From: Corynebacterium amycolatum
GTDB taxonomy: Bacteria > Actinomycetota > Actinomycetes > Mycobacteriales > Mycobacteriaceae
Strand: one strand, 5' to 3'
NCBI RefSeq assembly: GCF_049243625.1
Contig: NZ_CP046975.1
DNA: 32,000 nt
In this document: in pieces, positions 25,491 through 32,000 of the stretch
Position numbering within the stretch: the stretch's first letter is position 1
How the letters are laid out: each line of letters opens with the position of its first letter
Translations under genes and position numbers: made by a program
The notes under the pieces: generated by a model
Seen by the model: the letters and a program-made list of their open reading frames with translations, nothing else
Told to the model about the DNA's origin: nothing
Databases searched by the model: none

Positions 25491-25536
25491 GGCCTGAAAG
25501 TGCTATAAACTCGCACAGTTTCACATTTGCAGCCCG
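25491..25536. repeat. 46-bp repeat, copy B (inverted relative to 11080-11125)
   Basis: ggcctgaaagtgctataaactcgcacagtttcacatttgcagcccg. A partial extra copy of its tgcagcccg end follows at 25547-25555. Confidence 0.85.
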
Positions 25537-25922
25537 TATTCACACGTGCAGCCCGCAGTCACGCGCCCGTTGCGGCCAGTCATGGCCAGCCACAGAGCAG
25601 TCGTCGGGCTGGCCACCGGGTATCCCTCCCCCCCCACAGCAGCCCCTTCAGTCACACCCAAAATCCGCCCGATACTTGAGGATTCCACGCGACAAACTAG
25701 ATTGTGTGTACGGTATTCCTTATATTCTTCATATTCTTTCCAGATAATCTTCCGGGAGAACGCGGCCGGGAACTGATTTGAACTGATCGGAACCGGTTGG
25801 AACCGATTGCGGGCTTCTCGCAGCTGGCCCGGCCAGAGTCCGGTCAAGAACCCCAAGATTTAAACCAAAATCAGAACTTAAACAGTCAAAAACAGTCAAC
25901 GTTGCAGGATAGAAAAACTTCT

Positions 25923-28883
25923 ATGGCGAATTCAGACGGCCTCAAGCGCCTTGTAATTGTCGAGTCAGCGACGAAAGCTCGCAAGATTCAGCCGTATCTC
26001 GGCGATGATTACATCGTGGAGGCGTCGGTGGGACACATTCGCGACTTGCCCCGTGGCGCAGCTGACGTTCCGGCTCGTTACAAGAAAGAGCCCTGGGCTC
26101 GGCTGGGTGTGAATGTCGACAACGGATTTGCTCCGTTGTATGTCGTCAGCGCTGATAAGAAGAAGAAAGTCGCCGACCTGAAGGCCAAGCTCAAGGAAGT
26201 CGACGAACTCTATCTCGCAACTGACCCCGACCGTGAGGGCGAGGCTATTGCCTGGCACTTGCTGGAGGTTCTGAAGCCCAAGGTGCCAGTGCGCCGCATG
26301 GTGTTCCATGAGATCACCAAGCAGGCCATCCTGGAAGCCGCCGCCAATACCCGTGAGCTGGACCAGAACCTGGTCGACGCCCAGGAAGGTCGCCGTATCC
26401 TCGACCGCCTTTACGGCTACGAGGTTTCACCGGTGCTGTGGAAGAAGGTCATGCCGCGCCTGTCGGCAGGCCGTGTGCAGTCGGTGGCGACGCGTGTCAT
26501 CGTCGAGCGTGAGCGTGAACGCATGGCGTTTATCTCCGCTGAGTACTGGGATGTCGCCGCAACTTTGGACACCGGCTCGGCTTCTGCTGACGCCAACCAG
26601 CCGAAGGAATTCGTCGCAACCCTGACCAGCGTTGATGGTCAGCGCGTAGCGCAGGGCCGAGACTTCGATGACCGTGGCCAGCTGAAGAAGTCCGATGGCA
26701 TCCGGGTCGTCGATAAGCAGCTCGCCGAAACCCTGGCGGCGGACCTCGTGGGCTCTGAGCTCAAGGTCGCGTCGGTGGAGGAGAAGCCGTACACGCGCCG
26801 CCCGTACCCGCCGTTCATGACTTCTACGCTGCAGCAGGAGGCGGGCCGCAAGCTGCATTACACCTCTGAGCGCACGATGCGTGTGGCGCAGCGCCTGTAC
26901 GAAAACGGTCACATTACCTACATGCGTACCGACTCCACGACGCTGTCCAAGGCCGGTATCGACGCCGCGCGTAAGCAGGCGCTGGAGCTCTACGGCTCGG
27001 AGTACGTCGCCGATGCGCCGCGCCAGTACTCGCGCAAGGTGAAGAACTCGCAGGAAGCGCACGAGGCAATTCGTCCGGCTGGCGAGACATTCGCAACGCC
27101 GGGGCAGCTGGCGGGATCGCTGGATGCTGAGGAATTCAAGCTCTACGAACTGATTTGGCAGCGTACCGTCGCCTCGCAGATGGCCGACGCACGCGGCACG
27201 TCCATGAAGGTCACCATCGCTGGCGCCACCGACACGCACGCCGTCGAGTTCGCCTCCACCGGACGAACGATTCGCTTCCCGGGCTTCCTCAAGGCATACG
27301 TCGAGGTCTCCGCGCTTTCTGACGGCCGTAAGGTCGCCGACAACGCTGAGAAGCGTCTGCCACAGTTGACGGAAGGCCAGGGCCTGACGGCCACGGACTT
27401 CAGTGCCGACAACCACTCCACCAACCCGCCTGCGCGCTTCACCGAGGCCAGCTTGGTGAAGAAGATGGAGGACCTGGGAATTGGTCGTCCGTCGACATAC
27501 GCGTCGATTATCAAGACCATTCAGGATCGCGGCTACGTCTACTCCCGCGGCAACGCTCTGGTGCCCTCGTGGGTGGCCTTTGCCGTGGTGGGGCTGATGG
27601 AGGAAGCATTCTCCGATTTGGTCAACTACGACTTCACCTCCGAGCTGGAGGATGAGCTCGACGGCATTGCTGCGGGCAATAAGGATCGCACGACCTGGCT
27701 GACCGGTTTCTATTTCGGTGATGACAAGGATCACCGCCACAAGGGAGCCGACGCCATTGCGACCCACGGTGGTCTGAAGAACATCATCGACGTGAACTTG
27801 GAATCGATTGATGCTCGGAAGGTCAATTCGCTCCACCTCTTCGACGATGCCGAGGGTAACCCGATCATCGTTCGCGTTGGCCGCTATGGACCGTACCTGG
27901 AGCGTACTCGTCCGGGTGCCGGTGAAAACGGTGCCGACGAGGTGCAGCGCGCCAACATCCCGGAGGCCATGACTCCGGACGAGCTGGATCTGGCCGCCGC
28001 CGAGAAGCTGCTGGCCATGCCGCAGGGTGGTCGTGAGCTGGGCATTAACCCGGCCAATGGTCGCATGATTGTTGCTCGCGATGGCCGCTACGGCCCCTAC
28101 GTCACCGAGCTGGTCACCGATGAAGAGCGCGAAGGTGTCGTAGCCAAGGCTGAGGAGATCATCGCAGCTGAGCGCGCCGAAGAGGACGCTCAGCGCGCTG
28201 CCGAGGGCAAGCGAAAGAAGAACTGGGAAACCAAGACCGCTGCCAAGCAGAAGGAAAAGCGCACCGCGGAAATCATCGAGGAAACTCTGAAGCCGAAGAC
28301 GGCCTCGCTGTTTTCCTCCATGGAGCCGTCGACTGTCACGTTGGAAGAGGCTCTGAAGCTGATGAGCCTGCCGCGCGAGGTCGGTGTCGACCCGGTCGAT
28401 AACGAGGTTATTACTGCTCAGAATGGCCGTTACGGTCCGTACCTGAAGAAGGGCACGGACTCGCGTTCACTGGCTAACGAAGAGCAGATTTTCACCGTGA
28501 CATTGGACGAGGCTCGTCGTATCTACGCGGAGCCGAAGCGCCGCGGCCGCGCTGCTGCGAAGCCGCCACTGAAGCAGCTGGGCGACAACGATGTCTCCGG
28601 TCGCCCGATGTCGGTGAAGGATGGCCGCTTCGGTCCGTACGTCACCGATGGTGTCACCAATGCTTCGTTGCGCAAGGGTGATACGCCTGAGACGCTGACC
28701 GATGCCCGCGCCTGCGAGCTGCTGTCTGAGCGTCGTGCGAAGGAAGCTGCCGATGGTGGTACCAAGAAGGCCGCGAAAAAGTCGACTCGCAAGAGCACGA
28801 AGAAGGCTGCCAAGAAGACCACTAGGAAGGCGGTCAAGCGCACCACCAAGCGAGTGGTGAAGGCGACCCGCCGGGGCAAGTAG
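25923..28883 (+). CDS. topA: DNA topoisomerase I
   Basis: TOPRIM start LVIVESATKARKI, active-site region GHITYMRTDST, repeated C-terminal GRYGPY/GRFGPY modules, and a Lys-rich tail typical of actinobacterial TopA. ATG 25923 is preferred to 25797. Confidence 0.95.
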   Translation: MANSDGLKRLVIVESATKARKIQPYLGDDYIVEASVGHIRDLPRGAADVPARYKKEPWARLGVNVDNGFAPLYVVSADKKKKVADLKAKLKEVDELYLATDPDREGEAIAWHLLEVLKPKVPVRRMVFHEITKQAILEAAANTRELDQNLVDAQEGRRILDRLYGYEVSPVLWKKVMPRLSAGRVQSVATRVIVERERERMAFISAEYWDVAATLDTGSASADANQPKEFVATLTSVDGQRVAQGRDFDDRGQLKKSDGIRVVDKQLAETLAADLVGSELKVASVEEKPYTRRPYPPFMTSTLQQEAGRKLHYTSERTMRVAQRLYENGHITYMRTDSTTLSKAGIDAARKQALELYGSEYVADAPRQYSRKVKNSQEAHEAIRPAGETFATPGQLAGSLDAEEFKLYELIWQRTVASQMADARGTSMKVTIAGATDTHAVEFASTGRTIRFPGFLKAYVEVSALSDGRKVADNAEKRLPQLTEGQGLTATDFSADNHSTNPPARFTEASLVKKMEDLGIGRPSTYASIIKTIQDRGYVYSRGNALVPSWVAFAVVGLMEEAFSDLVNYDFTSELEDELDGIAAGNKDRTTWLTGFYFGDDKDHRHKGADAIATHGGLKNIIDVNLESIDARKVNSLHLFDDAEGNPIIVRVGRYGPYLERTRPGAGENGADEVQRANIPEAMTPDELDLAAAEKLLAMPQGGRELGINPANGRMIVARDGRYGPYVTELVTDEEREGVVAKAEEIIAAERAEEDAQRAAEGKRKKNWETKTAAKQKEKRTAEIIEETLKPKTASLFSSMEPSTVTLEEALKLMSLPREVGVDPVDNEVITAQNGRYGPYLKKGTDSRSLANEEQIFTVTLDEARRIYAEPKRRGRAAAKPPLKQLGDNDVSGRPMSVKDGRFGPYVTDGVTNASLRKGDTPETLTDARACELLSERRAKEAADGGTKKAAKKSTRKSTKKAAKKTTRKAVKRTTKRVVKATRRGK

Positions 28884-28947
28884 CGCATTGACCGTTAGCT
28901 GCGGCAGGGGCTAAATGGGTGCAGAGCACTTAAGCTGCCGCCGCGCC

Positions 28948-30270
28948 TTAAGCGCCCGCCGCGCCCGCCACACCTGGCGTGCCCGCCGCACCCGGCGCCT
29001 CCTGCGGAGTTGGTTTGGGGCCACCGACCCCGGTCAGCTCCGCCCGCATCGTCGGCCCGTACGACAGCCGGCGATGCACCTTCTCAAACGGCCCCTGCAT
29101 GCCGCGACGCTCCATCGCCCACGCGGCCAACAGGGTCACCAACCAGACGCCTACAGCGATGAGGGTTTGCACGAACGCGCCCATGTTGCGCGGGATGTTC
29201 AGGGTAAACGGGTAAACCAGCACAAAGAAGATCACCGACTGCATCAGGTAGCCCGTCATCGAACGCTTGCCGAGCGCCACAATCGGTACCAGCCAACCAG
29301 GCACAGCGGCGCCCTCGTTCAAGCGTCGCTGGAGCGGCTGCAGCGCCAACGCCAGCCCGGCTAGGATGCCAGGACCGGCGAACACTCCGGCAAAGTTATT
29401 AATTACCAAGAAGGCCATGTGCTGTCCGGCTGGAAGAACTCCAATCGCTGCCAACCCCATAGGGATTCCGACACCGAAGGCGACAATCACGGCCACCACG
29501 AGCCACCGAATAAGCAGGGGGCGGTGCGCGTCAACGTCGTCAAGCACGCCCTTGCGAGCCCATACGAAGCCGATCATCATCACCGGCAGGTAGAGGAACA
29601 GCTGCAGCGGCAGGGTAGTGATGCTCATTGTCAGGACCTGGAGGTTCGCGGCGAGCATATCCAGGTAACTCGTTTCAATTGCACCGCCGTTGACGAACTC
29701 GCTCATGTCGGAGCCGACGAACTCGGCGTCGGGCATCGCAATTACGAATCCCAAAAACAGCAGGCTCAGTGCAGCGTTGATCGTCAGCGCAATCCACGCG
29801 AGAATCGTCAGCACCTTGTTGCTAAGCCCCATAAGCAGCCCCAGGATGATGCCGCAGATGCCGTAGAGAAACATGATGTCGCCAAAGAACAGAAGCAGCA
29901 TGTGCGCGATGCCGAACAGCCCCAGGAACGCATATCGCTTTACGACGACCACCCGCGCCCGCGACCGTGGAAAGTTCCTCCTGGCCAAACTGCGGACAAT
30001 GAGTCCGACACCGAAGCCGAGCAGCGTTGCGAACATCGGCAGCCCGCGGCTATGTGCGGTCACAGCGGTAAACAGCACGGTGGCCTTGTCGGCGATGCTG
30101 TCGTTTATGACGCCTCCGAAGAATGCTGCGGGCAGTTCGGGATCTGCCACCAGCCAGGCGGTGGCAATGTTCGCGATAGCGATGCCGAGGAGCGCGAACC
30201 CACGCGCAGCGTCGGGAACGAGCATGCGAGGTCTGGGGTTGGTGCTAGAACTGGGTCGGTTGTCAGTCAT
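28948..30270 (-). CDS. DUF418-domain (YeiB-like) polytopic membrane protein
   Basis: 440 aa. N-terminal RGFALLGIAIAN motif, about 10 or more TM helices, and a conserved ...GKRSMTGYLMQS... segment. Confidence 0.7.
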   Translation of the reverse strand: MTDNRPSSSTNPRPRMLVPDAARGFALLGIAIANIATAWLVADPELPAAFFGGVINDSIADKATVLFTAVTAHSRGLPMFATLLGFGVGLIVRSLARRNFPRSRARVVVVKRYAFLGLFGIAHMLLLFFGDIMFLYGICGIILGLLMGLSNKVLTILAWIALTINAALSLLFLGFVIAMPDAEFVGSDMSEFVNGGAIETSYLDMLAANLQVLTMSITTLPLQLFLYLPVMMIGFVWARKGVLDDVDAHRPLLIRWLVVAVIVAFGVGIPMGLAAIGVLPAGQHMAFLVINNFAGVFAGPGILAGLALALQPLQRRLNEGAAVPGWLVPIVALGKRSMTGYLMQSVIFFVLVYPFTLNIPRNMGAFVQTLIAVGVWLVTLLAAWAMERRGMQGPFEKVHRRLSYGPTMRAELTGVGGPKPTPQEAPGAAGTPGVAGAAGA

Positions 30271-30373
30271 TCCTCCAACGTAAAGGATTTGTGGGAGGGT
30301 ACGCAGGTTGGCGGCGGATGGTGAGGTGGGGACGGCGGTTGTCGTGACGTTAAGTTGTAGAAGTCTTGCGACA

Positions 30374-30421
30374 TATCGAAAAGCGATATAGTATCGAAAA
30401 GCGATACATCGAATAACGATG
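30374..30421. promoter_or_regulatory. Three tandem 15-bp palindromic operators (TATCGAAAAGCGATA x2, CATCGAATAACGATG)
   Basis: Sites at 30374-30388, 30392-30406 and 30407-30421, each yATCG-N5-CGATr. They lie 84-131 bp upstream of the DUF2975/XRE operon start. Confidence 0.6.
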
Positions 30422-30504
30422 TGTCGGGGTTTGGCTGCAGCTCCAAGCGACCCGCAGAAAAATTCACTAACCGCGCCAATGACGGTGCAGCAAGGAAACT
30501 AGCT

Positions 30505-31095
30505 ATGACATCTCCCCAGGCCAAGAAGCCAAATGACCCATATGTCAACCAAACTAAGGAACGCCGGGATGTAGTTGCGGGCCTTTTTGTCGGAGTAATC
30601 GCGCTGGCTTACATCCTTCTTGAGCTCCGCCACCCGGTTCTTCACCAACAGTTCCCCAGCGATCTGACTCTGCTCCTGCCTGAAGTCCTGGGAAGTAACA
30701 AGGGCGTTCCCATCGAGGTTATGAGCGGTGGAGCCCTCTCCTTGTTTATTGCCGCGACTGCTGTTCGATGCGCTATCGTCGCCGCGATTGCCGTGCTCTG
30801 CGTGTTATTCTCACTCTCGTACCTGAAGGGCGAGTTCTTTACGGTTAAGACTGCGCGACGCGTTATGGCTATCTCCTGGCTGGCAGTGATCTATCCGGCA
30901 AGTGGTTTCCTGCAACTTATGGGCGAAAACTGGGTCGCGGGTGACCTGAATCTGAGCACGTGGTTCCAGCGCGACCATGCCGATTTCTATCAGCACCTAG
31001 GAATATGGTTTGTCCTTATGATGGTCATCTCCACTCTCGGAGTTATGTTGTTCCGAGCCGCGCGAATGCAGGAAGACCAGGAAGGGCTCATTTAA
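30505..31095 (+). CDS. DUF2975-like four-TM membrane protein
   Basis: Polytopic membrane protein placed directly before a YozG-type HTH gene, a gene pairing I recognise. ATG 30505 is preferred to 30421. Confidence 0.6.
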   Translation: MTSPQAKKPNDPYVNQTKERRDVVAGLFVGVIALAYILLELRHPVLHQQFPSDLTLLLPEVLGSNKGVPIEVMSGGALSLFIAATAVRCAIVAAIAVLCVLFSLSYLKGEFFTVKTARRVMAISWLAVIYPASGFLQLMGENWVAGDLNLSTWFQRDHADFYQHLGIWFVLMMVISTLGVMLFRAARMQEDQEGLI

Positions 31096-31299
31096 ATGGC
31101 GAAGGTTGTGTGCCACTTGGATGAGCTACTGGAAAGCCGCGGTATGACGCTCGCAGCCCTTTCCGAACAGGTCGGGGTCACACCGGTCAACCTCTCAGTG
31201 CTCAAAAACAACAGGGCGAAAGCCGTGCGCTTCACGACGCTCACTATGTTGTGTGAAGCCCTGGACTGCCAGCCAGGGGATTTATTCTCGGTGGAGTAA
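31096..31299 (+). CDS. Small XRE/Cro-family HTH transcriptional regulator (YozG-like)
   Basis: 67 aa: LDELLESRGMTLAALSEQVGVTPVNLSVLKNNRAKAVRFTTLTMLCEALDCQPGDLF. The ATG directly follows the upstream TAA. Confidence 0.85.
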   Translation: MAKVVCHLDELLESRGMTLAALSEQVGVTPVNLSVLKNNRAKAVRFTTLTMLCEALDCQPGDLFSVE

Positions 31300-31386
31300 G
31301 TGCGCTCGCCGTCTGAGAAGTCTAGGGATGCTAGGCGTCCAACGAGCACAGCATGAGCACAGCGAGACCAACGAGTCCGCTGCTCC

Positions 31387-32000
31387 CTAGGCCTCGTCGG
31401 CAAGCGTCGGGCGCACCGGGCGCGCAAGCTGCGTCATGTGCGTGCGGCCGCGCAACTCCACGGACTTCAGGGTGGTCCAGCGAGCCTGCTCGTCCTCGTT
31501 GGCCAGGCGGATAGTGGAAGCCGTGGCGAGCACGCGGCCTGGGGTATCCTTAGCCAACTCAGTCAGACGGGCAGCCTGATTAACCGCGTCACCAATAACC
31601 GTGTATTCAAAACGGTCGCGGGCACCGATGTGGCCGGCGACGACGTGGCCGGCGGAGACGCCGATTCCGGCAGTGAGTTGGAGGTCGAGCAGTTCCTCGC
31701 GCAGTTCACGGGCTGCGGTGAGGGCGTGACCGGCCGTGTCGTCGAGGGGTAGGGGAGCGCCGAAGACAGCAAGAGCCGCGTCACCCTGGAACTTGTTGAT
31801 AATGCCCTTATTGCGGTGCACACAGTCAACAACGTGGTCGAAGAAGGCATTGAGTTCGCGGACAACGACCTCTGGCGAGTTCTTCTCCGCGAAGTTGGTC
31901 GAGCCAATTACATCCACAAACAGCACCGCGACCAGGCGATTCTCGCCGCCCAAAGTTGGCTTTTCTTCCAGAGCCTTGCGGGCGACCTCAGATCCGACGT
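31387..32000 (-). CDS. cyaB: Class III adenylate cyclase, catalytic domain (3' part; the gene continues beyond the window)
   Basis: RLVAVLFVDVIGSTNF, INKFQGDAALAVFGAP and EYTVIGDAVNQAARL motifs. The reading frame stays open to position 32000. The position next to topA matches C. glutamicum cyaB as I recall it. Confidence 0.85.
   Translation of the reverse strand, partial: VGSEVARKALEEKPTLGGENRLVAVLFVDVIGSTNFAEKNSPEVVVRELNAFFDHVVDCVHRNKGIINKFQGDAALAVFGAPLPLDDTAGHALTAARELREELLDLQLTAGIGVSAGHVVAGHIGARDRFEYTVIGDAVNQAARLTELAKDTPGRVLATASTIRLANEDEQARWTTLKSVELRGRTHMTQLARPVRPTLADEA

Noticed and set aside
11080-25536. The 46-bp inverted repeats as the terminal repeats of a 14.4-kb transposon or genomic island.
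   Set aside because: The interior includes the Tad operon, the DECH helicase and cspA in the same order as the conserved actinobacterial core synteny. Only 11.05-16.83 kb looks foreign, so the repeats are more likely a dispersed intergenic element.
25521-25856. ORFs 25521-25856 (-) and 25546-25776 (+) between cspA and topA as a possible hypothetical gene.
   Set aside because: They have no RBS or domain signal, are built across repeat copies and an AT-rich tract, and overlap each other antisense. A small conserved gene cannot be fully excluded without comparative data.
560-25922. Upstream ORF-track starts for the MBL hydrolase (560), nth (3113), the tlpA-like gene (4143), the alpha/beta hydrolase (8181), the HAD hydrolase (10857), tadA (18364), cspA (24566), topA (25797) and DUF2975 (30421).
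   Set aside because: The extensions overlap upstream genes or add unconserved sequence. Internal starts fit known family N-termini, RBS-like motifs or start/stop coupling better.
1-32000. A scan for tRNA/rRNA genes, CRISPR arrays, integrase genes and att-like tRNA fragments flanking the island.
   Set aside because: I saw no T-arm (GGTTCGAATCC-like) or cloverleaf candidates and no regularly spaced repeat-spacer arrays. The only recombinase-type genes are the two transposases.

Overview
This is a high-GC actinobacterial chromosome segment that looks like Corynebacterium. I assigned all products by reading motifs in the translated ORFs; no searches were run. The backbone is colinear with the M. 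tuberculosis Rv3678-Rv3645 region. In order it carries: ridA-like, an MBL hydrolase, glxR/crp, the nth-tlpA-nudix-marP operon, an alpha/beta hydrolase, a holin-like membrane protein, a Fic-like protein, a HAD-IB hydrolase and the 6C small RNA. After an accessory insertion the backbone resumes with a seven-gene Tad-like operon (ssd/cpaE-like, tadA, tadB, tadC, flp, two tadE-like) and a convergent DECH/DUF1998 helicase, then cspA, topA, a DUF418 membrane protein, a DUF2975 + small XRE-HTH pair and the 3' part of a class III adenylate cyclase (cyaB-like, runs off the window). The main non-core feature is a ~5.8 kb mosaic insertion (about 11.05-16.83 kb) between the 6C RNA and the Tad operon. It has three parts: (i) an AT-richer two-gene cassette encoding a prokaryotic phospholipase-A2-like protein and a 4-TM partner; (ii) a decayed zinc-finger (IS1249-like) IS with recognisable terminal inverted repeats; (iii) nested inside that IS, a much more GC-rich IS481-family unit with ~50-bp inverted repeats that enclose the transposase plus three cargo genes (LysR regulator, EamA transporter, NAD(P)H-binding protein). 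Other non-genic structure: a triple palindromic operator upstream of the DUF2975/XRE operon, twin perfect TTATCCACA boxes upstream of ssd, a dense ATCGA-core motif array downstream of glxR, a 46-bp inverted repeat pair 14.4 kb apart, and a solo IS-end remnant in the repeat-rich cspA-topA spacer. I found no tRNA, rRNA or CRISPR.
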